Shown here piece by piece: positions 18,165 through 27,799 of a stretch of 64,000 nucleotides of DNA. The notes under the pieces are model-generated. The model saw nothing but the letters and a program-made list of their open reading frames with translations, made no database searches and was not told the DNA's origin. Source of the stretch: Bdellovibrionales bacterium (GTDB taxonomy: Bacteria; Bdellovibrionota; UBA1018; CAIMNF01); the NCBI GenBank assembly GCA_018266375.1, contig JAFEAO010000005.1, positions 66,619-130,618 on the forward strand. Direction: 5' to 3'. The translations under genes and the position numbers were made by a program. Position 1 is the first letter of the stretch, and every line of letters starts with the position of its first letter.

Positions 18165-19301
18165 CTACTTCATCATCTGGATGAACTGATCGAAGAGGTA
18201 GCTCGAATCGTGCGGGCCCGGCGAGCTCTCGGGGTGATACTGTACCGAGAATGCGTTCATCGACGGCACCGATAAACCTTCGCAGCACTCGTCGTTGAGA
18301 TTTTGGTGCGTGAGTTTTGCTGTCGATGGAAGCGTTTCGACATCAACCGCGTAACCGTGATTGTGCGAACTGATCTCGACCGAACCTTGCGTTATATTTT
18401 TTACCGGTTGGTTGCCGCCGCGATGGCCGAATTTTAACTTGTAAGTTTTTGCACCCATCGCCATGCCGAGCACCTGATGACCCATGCACACGCCGAAGAT
18501 CGGTTTCTTGCCGAGGAGCGTTTTCACGCTCGACACCGCGTAAGTCGCAAGCTTCGGATCACCAGGACCGTTTGACAAAAAGATACCCTCCGGATTGAGC
18601 GCGAGCACTTTGTCCGCAGGATAATCCGCTGGCACCACGGTGAGATCGCAACCGCGTTTGGCGAGGTCGACCAGCAACTGACGTTTCACGCCGTAGTCGT
18701 AAACGACCACATTGTGTTTCTTGCCGTTGAATTCAACTTTCTCAAATGGCTTCGGTTGAAACCTGTAAGGCTCTTTGGTGGTGACGTTTTTGATCCAGTC
18801 GATCGAACCGTAATCGATTCCGAGCCATTTCTTTTTCCACTCGGCGAGGTTTTTTTCTTCTCTCGCTGGGAGAATCATCCCTGGTACGACGCCTTGTTTA
18901 CGAAGCTCAAGCGTGAGTGCGCGAGTGTCGACGCCGTGGATCCCCACCGTCTTATTGTCTTTTAAAAATTGATCAAGAGATTGCTTCGAACGGAAGTTAG
19001 ACGGGTGATCGACGTACTGACCGATGACCACGCCCCTGGCGTAAACTTTGGTGCTCTCGAGATCTTCCTGATTGGCGCCGGTATTACCGATGTGAGCGGC
19101 CGTAAAGACGACCATCTGGCCCGCATAAGAAGGATCGGTCAGCACTTCTTGGTAACCGGTCATTGACGTGTTGAACACCACTTCACCAAAAGCCGAACGG
19201 TCCGACGCATCTGCCGACCATTCGGCTCCAAAAAGCGTTCCGCGATAGATTTCATCACCGATGACTAAGATGCCGGCCTGCGAACTACCTTGCTTGGACA
19301 T
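18165..19301 (-). CDS. carA: carbamoyl-phosphate synthase small (glutaminase) subunit
   Basis: Start set at MSKQGSSQAGILVIGDEIYRG... (379 aa). CarA N-terminal domain plus GATase1 (nucleophile elbow CMGHQ in ...GVCMGHQVLGMAMG, and VQYHPES). Confidence 0.93.
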   Translation of the reverse strand: MSKQGSSQAGILVIGDEIYRGTLFGAEWSADASDRSAFGEVVFNTSMTGYQEVLTDPSYAGQMVVFTAAHIGNTGANQEDLESTKVYARGVVIGQYVDHPSNFRSKQSLDQFLKDNKTVGIHGVDTRALTLELRKQGVVPGMILPAREEKNLAEWKKKWLGIDYGSIDWIKNVTTKEPYRFQPKPFEKVEFNGKKHNVVVYDYGVKRQLLVDLAKRGCDLTVVPADYPADKVLALNPEGIFLSNGPGDPKLATYAVSSVKTLLGKKPIFGVCMGHQVLGMAMGAKTYKLKFGHRGGNQPVKNITQGSVEISSHNHGYAVDVETLPSTAKLTHQNLNDECCEGLSVPSMNAFSVQYHPESSPGPHDSSYLFDQFIQMMK

Positions 19302-19303
19302 TT

Positions 19304-20602
19304 TTATTTTACTACTCCCGCGACCATCGTCGCGAAAACTTTCCCTTTGAATCTCCGCCCTTGGAACCCATCCAAGAATGGAGAATTCGTGCTGATCGAC
19401 ACTACCTGATCCTTGGTTAAAGTCCACTCCAGAGTGGGGTCAATAAGGGTTAAATCCGCGGTTGAACCCACCTTCAAGGTGCCCAAATCCGAGCGCTTGA
19501 GGAATTTTGCCGGGTTGGCGCTCAAGAGCTCGATCATGCGGCTACGCGAGAATTTTCCGGCCGCGACCAGACCAAGAAGGAGTGGCAAAGTGGTCTGCAG
19601 TCCCAGGATTCCGTTCGCGACCATTTCGAACTCGGTTTCTTTATCTACACAGCTATGAGGGGCGTGATCTGAGGCCACCATATCGATGAGGCCAGTATTG
19701 AGCGCTTCGAGCAGAGCCTGCTGGTCGCCCTCACTGCGTAAAGGCGGCGCCATCTTGTGATCCGCGCGGTTGCTGGCGTGTGAGTGAAGCAGAGCCATCT
19801 CATTTAAGATCAAGTGATGAGGCGTGACCTCGCAAGTGATAGCGACCCCGTCAGCCTTGGCGCGCTCCACTTGCTTCAAACCTTGCTTGGTCGAGAGGTG
19901 CGCGATGTGGAGCTTGGCTCCGGTCAGACGTGCGAGCGCGATCTCGCGAGCGACCATGATTTCCTCGGACGCCGCCGGATTACCTTTAAAGCCCACGAGT
20001 GCTGAGACCGGACCTTCGTTCATTGCCGTGCCACCCGACAAAGCAATATCCTCCGCGTGACTGATGATCGGGAGGTCGAACGCGGTCGCGTACTCCATCG
20101 CTTTGCGCATGAGTGCCGAGTTCATCACCGGCATACCGTCGTCGCTGAGTGCGCAGATCCCAGCCTCGGCCATGAAACCGATGTCAGCAAGCATCTCGCC
20201 TTTTAAACCTTGAGTGACCGCGCCGATCGGGAACACGCGCGCCTGATTTGCGGCGCGAGCACGAGAGATGATCATCTCGGTGACTGCCGCGCTATCGTTA
20301 ACAGGATTGGTGTTAGCCATGCAAGCGACGCTCGTGAATCCTCCGACGATCGCGGCGTGAGTCCCGGTCGCAACGGTTTCCTTGTGCTCGAAACCCGGTT
20401 CGCGCAAATGCACATGCAAGTCGATAAGACCCGGCACGATCCACTTCCCTTTGGCGTCGATTTTATTTTCGATCTTCGTACCGGCGAATGCACCCGGCTT
20501 ATCGACCGCATTGATGCGGCCACTCTCAATCACGATATCTTTAGCTTCGTCGATTTTCGAGCTTGGATCAATGAGATGTCCGCCGTGGATTAAAGTTTTC
20601 AC
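19304..20602 (-). CDS. pyrC: dihydroorotase (long multifunctional-complex type)
   Basis: 432 aa with the metal-binding DLHVHLREPG motif and amidohydrolase fold. There is a 2-nt gap to carA and a 4-nt overlap with pyrB. Confidence 0.9.
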   Translation of the reverse strand: MKTLIHGGHLIDPSSKIDEAKDIVIESGRINAVDKPGAFAGTKIENKIDAKGKWIVPGLIDLHVHLREPGFEHKETVATGTHAAIVGGFTSVACMANTNPVNDSAAVTEMIISRARAANQARVFPIGAVTQGLKGEMLADIGFMAEAGICALSDDGMPVMNSALMRKAMEYATAFDLPIISHAEDIALSGGTAMNEGPVSALVGFKGNPAASEEIMVAREIALARLTGAKLHIAHLSTKQGLKQVERAKADGVAITCEVTPHHLILNEMALLHSHASNRADHKMAPPLRSEGDQQALLEALNTGLIDMVASDHAPHSCVDKETEFEMVANGILGLQTTLPLLLGLVAAGKFSRSRMIELLSANPAKFLKRSDLGTLKVGSTADLTLIDPTLEWTLTKDQVVSISTNSPFLDGFQGRRFKGKVFATMVAGVVK

Positions 20603-21570
20603 TTCTTACCTCCGCCGCTACCGAGGATTCCAGCAAGCACCGACATGCGCATCCAAACTCCGTTCTCAACCTGTTTCAAAATAAGCGACTGCGGACACTC
20701 GGCTGCTTCGGGATCGATCTCGAGGCCGCGATTGATCGGACCTGGATGAAGAATGGCCGCCTCGGGCTTCAAGAGACCGATCCGATCCTTAGTGAGTCCC
20801 CAAAAGTGGCGGTACTCTTCTTTGCTTGGAAAGTACCCTGCTCCCTGACGCTCGTACTGAACTCTGAGCATCATCACCGCATCTACATCGCGAAGAACGC
20901 GATCCGGCTGAAACTCCGTCGTAATTTTTGGAAAGAGCGAAAGATCTTTTGGAAGTAGCGTCGGCGGGCCGCCGATCACCACGTCGGCGCCGAGACGAGC
21001 GAGCAAGTGGATATTGGAACGCGCTACCCGTGAGTGGAGGACGTCGCCCAATATATAGATGAGTTTGCCTTTCAGAATTTTTGGATCGGGGGCTTTACCC
21101 CTCTGCTTATCGTGTACCGTGAAATGCTCGATCAAGGTCATCGCATCCAAGAGCGCTTGAGTCGGATGCTCATGCTGGCCATCGCCCGCATTGATGATCG
21201 GCACTCCAAGCCACTTGTGGAACAGCTCCGGACTTCCGCTCGAGTGGTTGCGCACCACCACCGCGTCGACGCCATATTGGAAAATCGTCTGAACCGTATC
21301 TTTGAGAGTCTCACCCTTAGCCAGGCTCGACTGCTGCTGAGCAAAGCCGATCGACGAGCCGCCGAGCTTCCGGACCGCGGCTTCGAACGACATCTTGGTG
21401 CGGGTGGAGTTCTCGGTAAAAAACTGGAGGACCGTCTTGCCCTTCAGGATGCTACCAACGGCAGGATCAGCGCCTTTGGCTTTAAATTGAAAAGATTGGT
21501 TTAAAAAAGAGAGAATATGATCGTCGGAGATGGTGCGGATCGCGAGTAGATTTTCTGGGAATGTCATCAT
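20599..21570 (-). CDS. pyrB: aspartate carbamoyltransferase catalytic subunit
   Basis: 323 aa with the carbamoyl-phosphate binding motif (STRTKMSFE..., HPTQ) and HPGP-type Asp-binding region. Confidence 0.93.
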   Translation of the reverse strand: MMTFPENLLAIRTISDDHILSFLNQSFQFKAKGADPAVGSILKGKTVLQFFTENSTRTKMSFEAAVRKLGGSSIGFAQQQSSLAKGETLKDTVQTIFQYGVDAVVVRNHSSGSPELFHKWLGVPIINAGDGQHEHPTQALLDAMTLIEHFTVHDKQRGKAPDPKILKGKLIYILGDVLHSRVARSNIHLLARLGADVVIGGPPTLLPKDLSLFPKITTEFQPDRVLRDVDAVMMLRVQYERQGAGYFPSKEEYRHFWGLTKDRIGLLKPEAAILHPGPINRGLEIDPEAAECPQSLILKQVENGVWMRMSVLAGILGSGGGKK

Positions 21571-21597
21571 CCCCCCCGGTGTTTTAGTCTAGTGGAA

Positions 21598-24500
21598 CTA
21601 GTGATAAGCCTCAAGAATCTTCTCCAGTTTTTTATCCAATTCTTCATTCTTCAAACGAATCTCTTCCGCCCTGCGTTCCATTTTTTCTTTCAGGGCCGGA
21701 CCGGACACCTGCCGCGTTTTAATCTGCGCATCTAAACTCTTCAACTGAGCATCAGCACGTTTGATTTGAGCATCCAAATCGGCCATTTCTTTCTTCAAAC
21801 GCGCAAGTTCTTCTTGAGGAGTCTCTTGCTTCGCTGCAGGTTGTTGAGTCGGCTGGATTGGCTGAACCGGACGATTACCTAGGGAATCCACAACTGGCTT
21901 ATTTACCGGATTGCCGGCCGGTGGCTCCATAAGCACCTTCACGCGTTCTGATTTCTGGTTGTAAGCCTCACTCATCTTATTGCGATTTGCTTGAAGGGTA
22001 CTGAACTGATTGATAATCGAATTGGTTTGCCCTTCGAAATCATTCAAAGAATCTAAATTTGCTTTCAGCTCGCGTTGAAGCTCATCGATTTCTTCATACA
22101 AATCTCCGGCAGGAAATTTATCTTTGACCGAGATGTTGGCGTTGTTAATGCTCGCAACGTACCACAATCTTCCTTTACCCGGACCCGGAGTGATTTCTTT
22201 CCAGAACTGACCGTCACGGTAAATTTCGACAACTGCTCCGGCCTCGCTAAACTTCAAACCGTCATCTACATATTGGAAGACAAGAAATCTAAACTCACCG
22301 GGAATTTTTGTTTTGCCTCCGGACAACGCAATCACGGTAGTTTCGCGTCCCGCTTTGCCAGTATCGTCCTTATCGAGGTTGGCGCCACCTTTTAAGTGGA
22401 ACGAGTTGTCGCTGAGAGTCTTGAAGAAGAGGTGCTTTCCGTCCGGCAAAAACAATTGGGAGTCGAGGTCGCTTTGTTTGTCGTTCCAAGTCAGAACGAA
22501 CACGATCCTGTTTGCCGTGTAGGATCTTGGAACAAGAGCGATATCCTGGTTTGGAAGATCTTCACCCGCTACCGGTTGCGGCTTCAAGAGCTTAGAGCGG
22601 ACAATATATTTTGTCGCCGTCCCTGTTGGTGTGAGACTTCTCGCGGTGTCCGGTACTTTACGGATCTCATAGAAACCGCTAGCGTTGGTCACGCCCTTCA
22701 ACTTGCCGCCTGAGCCGTCGATCGTTACGGTAATACCTTGGATCGGTTCTTTTGTGAGAACGTCGTAGACGATACCCGATACATCGGTACGCAGATATTT
22801 AACAACGATGTCGTGCGGATTCATCTTCCACGCTTGCAAGCCGCTTACCGGCTCGACCTTGGACCCATAAACGCTCTCGTCAGTCGAATTGACATTGAGT
22901 TCTTTAACTGTGATCGGGATATCTTCGATTTCATAATTGCCATCAAGATCGCTCGTGGATTTCAGATCCCGATAACCTGGGATCGAAATTACCATTCCAT
23001 CGGCCGGTTTTCCGCTCGGGATCGTGACCCGACCCTTAATCGTCGTGAGGTTCGGAATAATCGCAATATCGACTGTCTCAGCAGGACGATCAGGATCCAA
23101 AGTAACTTTCTTCTCGCCTGGCTGGTGGCCACCCAGCGTGTCTTCGACAACTATCGTAGTATTTGGAATTGTGACTGGTACGTTCTTGATGACGTAATGA
23201 CCTTTTTCGTCGGTAAGAGCAGTGAACTCCGTATAACCCTTGACGTAAACTTTCAGCCCTTTTAATCCGGTACCGAACCGTGGCGTACGCGTTTCGGAAA
23301 TATCACCACTGACCGTGACTCGGATCGGATCCAAAAGCATATCCACCTGCTGGGATACGATATTGAACTTCAAACCCTCGATCGAGATCGAACCGTCTCG
23401 GTAGAGACGATGGTGCCCATGAATGTGCCGTTCGAGGCCTTTCATTCTCAACTGCTCGAAGAGATAACCCCCTGCCGTCGATGTCTTCTTCGAGTAAACT
23501 TCAGCCAGCCCAGCTACGGTTACATCGGCGTTCTGAACCGGGAGCTTGGTGACCAAGTCGAGGACTTTACCTTTGATACCTGCGTAGACGATGATCTCTT
23601 TAGGATAATCTCGCAACTTACCGGCGATGTAGCTCGGATCTTTGCCTGAGCTTTTCTCGCTCTTCTTATAGAGCGGAATTTCTTTGGAAACCAATCCCTT
23701 TTTTATGGTCGTTCCGACTTCGACGCCGCATTGGTTTGTTACCGCCTTGATGACATTCCCGACCATTGGAACGTGAATGGTTTTTTGAGTTTTTTCCGGC
23801 GTCGGATCTTTCCAGGCGACCAAAAATCGCGGCACCATACAACTCACCACGGTCGAAGCACTGATTTCCTTGCCGTTTTCATCTTTATGAACGAGCGAGC
23901 GCACTCGGCACCCGACAATCCAAGGATAACCTTTGCCGGTGAGATACTTCACCATTTGCGGAAGCTCATCACTGTTGAGCGGGAAATCCACCGGAATATT
24001 GATCACGTCAAACGGTTCCTCGGAGTCGAGTTCCACCGATTCGATTTTGGTGTCATAGTCCGGATACTTTTTGTGAACTTGCTCGTCGAACTCCGTTTCG
24101 CCTTTTTTTACCTTTTCCAGCAAGTCATTCAGTTTCTTTTCATCCGCGCCAAATGCCGCCAGGTCCTGCCAAGGCGTTTTGTAGGCATCGTGGTAGCCCT
24201 TCAGCAAAGTGCGGCCGACATCGGTCGTAGGAGTGACTTCTGTAGTCGATGGATCTTCTGCATAGACAAACTTCGGGGCCCGCTCTTGAATCTTACGGTT
24301 GTCCTCATCGAGTTTGCGCTTTTGTTCTTCGTTATACCGACGACTCTCCTCCGCGCTCTTCCTTTCCCAAGCTTTAAAGTCTTCTTTTTCTTTGCGTTTA
24401 CGTTCTTTCTCTAGCTGGCGTTCTTGGCGCGGGGTCAGTTCTTTTTCCGGAACGATGATTTTTTGTTTCTCCGTAGGATCGGCGTTAGCAACAACTTTGT

Positions 24501-25398
24501 TGATACGCATATCGATCGGGGTTTCAAGCTTTTTTTCTTCCTCCTCGAACTGACAGCTCGTTACCTCGATAGTGCGATATTCGTAACCGTCCGCATACGG
24601 ACTAGTCATTTTGTAATAACGAATGGCATGACTGGTGTACACCATCACCCGACCCGCACCGATTGAAGTAGACGGAGAGTTCCCGCTTTGCATCGTTTGA
24701 ATCTGACTGGAAAACTCGCGAAGATAAGCCGGTTCGTCCACACACTTAATAAAGCCAGGATCAACCTTGAACCGTTTATGAAGGTAGTACTTGATATCGT
24801 TGCAAACATCGCTATATCCGTTGATCGTCAACATCCGGATATCGGCAGGAGGTGGCGATTGATACATGACTCGCATCTGCTCCTCGAGTTTCGGTAAAAA
24901 TTCAGTCTTAAATTTAATCCAACTCGGATGTGTGGCGTGCTCCGGATTAAATTCCGGGCGGTCAGAGGGGAAATCGGTCCAGACATTTAGCTGCCGGATC
25001 GCGCACACTGGGGTACCGCCTCTTCTGATATTATTTTCGATAACCGAATAGTATTCGTTATCGCCGTAACGTCGCTGAATCGGATCCGAAAGCTTAAACT
25101 TGCAATCGATCGGATAATCTTTGTGATGCTCTTGAAGCCACTTTTGAACAAGTCCAACGGCTACGCTACTGTCCATCGACGACCAACCCGGAACTGTCCT
25201 TTCGAGTTCGAGAAGCGAAGGAAGCCTTGAAAGGTCGATAACGACTTGGTTACCTTGATCGCCCTGACTGTCGCGAGCCTGACCAAACGAAGGCGAAAGT
25301 TGTAACGCGCCCACTAGCACACACATCAAAAATGCATACACACTCGTTGCTTTCACCATTGCGCGAATGATAAAATAATCGATCTTTATTGTCAACAA
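21598..25398 (-). CDS. large secreted multidomain protein: N-terminal Lys/Glu-rich coiled coil, three carboxypeptidase-regulatory-like beta-sandwich modules, a YfaP/DUF2135-like module, C-terminal coiled coil
   Basis: 1266 aa with an N-terminal signal peptide (MVKATSVYAFLMCVLVGALQLSPSFGQA). Three segments fit the CarbopepD_reg-like pattern (for example IKGRVTIPSGKPADGMVISIPGYRDLKSTSDLDGNYEIEDIP and VSGIVYDVLTKEPIQGITVTIDGSGGKLKGVTNASGFYEIRKVP). The segment VFVLTWNDKQSDLDSQLFLPDG...GGANLDKDDTGKAGRETT resembles the YfaP-type LDxD domain. The C-terminal 150 aa are heptad-like (ELARLKKEMADLDAQIKRADAQLKSLDAQIK). Confidence 0.7.
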   Translation of the reverse strand: MLTIKIDYFIIRAMVKATSVYAFLMCVLVGALQLSPSFGQARDSQGDQGNQVVIDLSRLPSLLELERTVPGWSSMDSSVAVGLVQKWLQEHHKDYPIDCKFKLSDPIQRRYGDNEYYSVIENNIRRGGTPVCAIRQLNVWTDFPSDRPEFNPEHATHPSWIKFKTEFLPKLEEQMRVMYQSPPPADIRMLTINGYSDVCNDIKYYLHKRFKVDPGFIKCVDEPAYLREFSSQIQTMQSGNSPSTSIGAGRVMVYTSHAIRYYKMTSPYADGYEYRTIEVTSCQFEEEEKKLETPIDMRINKVVANADPTEKQKIIVPEKELTPRQERQLEKERKRKEKEDFKAWERKSAEESRRYNEEQKRKLDEDNRKIQERAPKFVYAEDPSTTEVTPTTDVGRTLLKGYHDAYKTPWQDLAAFGADEKKLNDLLEKVKKGETEFDEQVHKKYPDYDTKIESVELDSEEPFDVINIPVDFPLNSDELPQMVKYLTGKGYPWIVGCRVRSLVHKDENGKEISASTVVSCMVPRFLVAWKDPTPEKTQKTIHVPMVGNVIKAVTNQCGVEVGTTIKKGLVSKEIPLYKKSEKSSGKDPSYIAGKLRDYPKEIIVYAGIKGKVLDLVTKLPVQNADVTVAGLAEVYSKKTSTAGGYLFEQLRMKGLERHIHGHHRLYRDGSISIEGLKFNIVSQQVDMLLDPIRVTVSGDISETRTPRFGTGLKGLKVYVKGYTEFTALTDEKGHYVIKNVPVTIPNTTIVVEDTLGGHQPGEKKVTLDPDRPAETVDIAIIPNLTTIKGRVTIPSGKPADGMVISIPGYRDLKSTSDLDGNYEIEDIPITVKELNVNSTDESVYGSKVEPVSGLQAWKMNPHDIVVKYLRTDVSGIVYDVLTKEPIQGITVTIDGSGGKLKGVTNASGFYEIRKVPDTARSLTPTGTATKYIVRSKLLKPQPVAGEDLPNQDIALVPRSYTANRIVFVLTWNDKQSDLDSQLFLPDGKHLFFKTLSDNSFHLKGGANLDKDDTGKAGRETTVIALSGGKTKIPGEFRFLVFQYVDDGLKFSEAGAVVEIYRDGQFWKEITPGPGKGRLWYVASINNANISVKDKFPAGDLYEEIDELQRELKANLDSLNDFEGQTNSIINQFSTLQANRNKMSEAYNQKSERVKVLMEPPAGNPVNKPVVDSLGNRPVQPIQPTQQPAAKQETPQEELARLKKEMADLDAQIKRADAQLKSLDAQIKTRQVSGPALKEKMERRAEEIRLKNEELDKKLEKILEAYH

Positions 25399-25470
25399 TT
25401 TAACTGGATGATTACAATAATCTACGATCTAAATTTATATGGGTATTTTACTCACATAAATAATGGTTAT

Positions 25471-26235
25471 TTAATCAAGGACTTCTTTCAATTGTACGAG
25501 CACGAGAAGCAATACAACGACGACCAGCACCGGTCTCACGACCTTCTCCGATCTCTTCGTGGCGAGACTCGCACCTAGAAATCCGCCCGCGGTCATCCCG
25601 ATCGCCATCACTAGCCCCTGTTTCATATGCACGTAACCCTGGACTCCGTAAGAGACGAGCGACACACTTGCGGACAGGGTATTGGCGAGTTTCGAAAGCA
25701 ACAGCGCTTCGAAGAGCGGGAGCTTCGCTCCCCAAAGCAGTCCGATCAGCATGAAGGTGCCGCCACCCGGCCCAAAAAATCCATCATAAAAACCGACCAG
25801 GATTCCCGCGATGATCAAGACTGCGAGCGGTCGGCTCGCGTGATCTTTCACTTCCTGCAAAAAAAGCTGCTTGTTCCACACCACCCAAAGCACCATCGGG
25901 CATGCCGCGATGAGGAAGTAGCGGAAATAAATTTTAGAAACCATCGGTGAAAGCAAAGAGCCGATGAGAGAACCTACCCCCACCGACGCCACGAACGAAA
26001 ATCCGCGCTTCAAGTTCAAAGGGTGTTTGCGAAGGTAGACCACGAACGCGATGAGCGCCCCCATCGCGCCGACGATCTTGTTGGTCCCGATCGCATGAGC
26101 ACCGGGTTCCAATACGCTTGAAAGCACCGGGAGGGTGATCAACCCGCCGCCGCCGGCGATCGAATCGATGCAACCCGCAGCAAAACCAGCGAATAAAAGC
26201 AGCATCTCAGTAGCCGAAGTGAGCGCGGAATCCAT
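25471..26235 (-). CDS. TauE/SafE (TSUP, DUF81) family anion exporter permease
   Basis: 254 aa with 7-8 TM helices and Gly-rich motifs (IDSIAGGGGLITLPVL and GFFGPGGGTFM) duplicated in the two halves, typical of TSUP transporters. Confidence 0.8.
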   Translation of the reverse strand: MDSALTSATEMLLLFAGFAAGCIDSIAGGGGLITLPVLSSVLEPGAHAIGTNKIVGAMGALIAFVVYLRKHPLNLKRGFSFVASVGVGSLIGSLLSPMVSKIYFRYFLIAACPMVLWVVWNKQLFLQEVKDHASRPLAVLIIAGILVGFYDGFFGPGGGTFMLIGLLWGAKLPLFEALLLSKLANTLSASVSLVSYGVQGYVHMKQGLVMAIGMTAGGFLGASLATKRSEKVVRPVLVVVVLLLVLVQLKEVLD

Positions 26236-26236
26236 C

Positions 26237-27784
26237 TTATCTCAACTCTTCCTTTAACTCGCAGCGGGTCGGCAAGCGTAGAAATGAAGGATAAAACTCA
26301 TCGTAAGCACGCTTCAACACTTCATCGCGATACATCGCATACTTAAATCCGATGCCTTTTGAAATCCAATACCGTACGCCATTTTGCTCAATCCACTTGG
26401 CTTCCGTGGCTTCGAAAAATCTCGACCAATCGTGCGCGCTCCACTCGCCACGCGCGAGCATCATGATGTTTTTACCGTTTAGATTTTTCCAGTCGGAGGT
26501 GAAATCGTACGCACGGCCAAAACGGCTGCCCGTACCCATGACGAGCAACTGCGGCGGCGTAGTCACCAAACGACGTTTGAACTCGAGATCAAACACACTC
26601 GCCAAACTGTAGCCATCCAGCGCGACCGCATCCATCCCGTTTAGGCTCGGCACAAGGTTATCAATCATCTCCTGCGGCCGAAACGCGAGCTCGAACTCAA
26701 ACTGATGACGACCATGCAAGGCGGGCTTCAGTACATCTTCGGGCCGATTGAGTGCGATCGTCGCGGTGATCGTCAAAATGAGCGATACCGTCATGATTCC
26801 AAGCGCACGGCGCTCGAGCGAATCCGGACTTGCCACTCGCACGCCCACCCACATCACAAAAAACGGAAGATAAGGCACATACCAATGCAAACCCTGGCCG
26901 CGGCCGAGAAGTGCCGTCAGCGTGAAAATCCCGATCGGGACCGCCCACGAAAATAGAAAGTAACGCTCGAGCTGATGGCTATCTTGATCGGTTGCTTCAC
27001 GTGCGGCGGGAGCCCTGCGAAACATCCCCTTCCATAGAAACGGCGTCGACATCAGCAGCAAGTACGCAATAAAGAGCAGCATGATATCACTCCACGCACC
27101 GTCACTGACTTTTTGCCGAGTCACGAGATTAAAAACAAAATTGGCCCAGCAATGGGTCGCGTTCCACAAAATATGCTGGATGACAAATGGAATAGCGCCA
27201 AACCCGAACCACAGCAAACCCTCGTAGCCAAGCTTCTTGTTGGCCGATTTCATGCGTGAGTAAAAAAACCAAATCAAAAGAGCCGGCAATGAAAATACCG
27301 CGAAGTATTTGGATAGAAAGGCCGCACCCCAAAGAGCACCCGAGAGCAAATAGTCACGCCGACCTTTAGCGCCGAAAAACATCACCGACGAGTAGAACGT
27401 AAAAAACAACAGAGGCAAATCCGGCGCCACCATCACGGCCATGAACGGAACCGGCAAGAAAAAGAAAATCAGCGCAAGCAACGCGGACGATTTCGGACCC
27501 ACGGCTTTGCGCGTCCATTCAGCTATCCCAAACGCAACCAGCACCATCGTGATTAGATTCGGAAGGCGCAGCCACCACGATTGCAACGAAACGTTCGTCA
27601 GAAAAGATTCCCACCATCCCACCATTGGAGGAAGATCGTAATACCCCCCTGCAGGATGAGTACCCCAATAGAAATAGTAAGCTTCATCGGCGATCACCGG
27701 GAACTGCACCATGAGTATGAAGCGAAAAACAATGAGCACGGCAGCCAAAATCAGGAGTCTCGGATAAGACAAGAGCGCTTTCAT
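26237..27784 (-). CDS. ArnT/PMT-like GT-C fold membrane glycosyltransferase (GT83/GT39-like)
   Basis: 515 aa, polytopic. The first periplasmic loop carries the ADEAYYFYWG motif, the DE..Y signature of lipid-linked-sugar GT-C enzymes. A C-terminal soluble domain follows. Confidence 0.72.
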   Translation of the reverse strand: MKALLSYPRLLILAAVLIVFRFILMVQFPVIADEAYYFYWGTHPAGGYYDLPPMVGWWESFLTNVSLQSWWLRLPNLITMVLVAFGIAEWTRKAVGPKSSALLALIFFFLPVPFMAVMVAPDLPLLFFTFYSSVMFFGAKGRRDYLLSGALWGAAFLSKYFAVFSLPALLIWFFYSRMKSANKKLGYEGLLWFGFGAIPFVIQHILWNATHCWANFVFNLVTRQKVSDGAWSDIMLLFIAYLLLMSTPFLWKGMFRRAPAAREATDQDSHQLERYFLFSWAVPIGIFTLTALLGRGQGLHWYVPYLPFFVMWVGVRVASPDSLERRALGIMTVSLILTITATIALNRPEDVLKPALHGRHQFEFELAFRPQEMIDNLVPSLNGMDAVALDGYSLASVFDLEFKRRLVTTPPQLLVMGTGSRFGRAYDFTSDWKNLNGKNIMMLARGEWSAHDWSRFFEATEAKWIEQNGVRYWISKGIGFKYAMYRDEVLKRAYDEFYPSFLRLPTRCELKEELR

Positions 27785-27799
27785 CCCCTACCAATCTCC

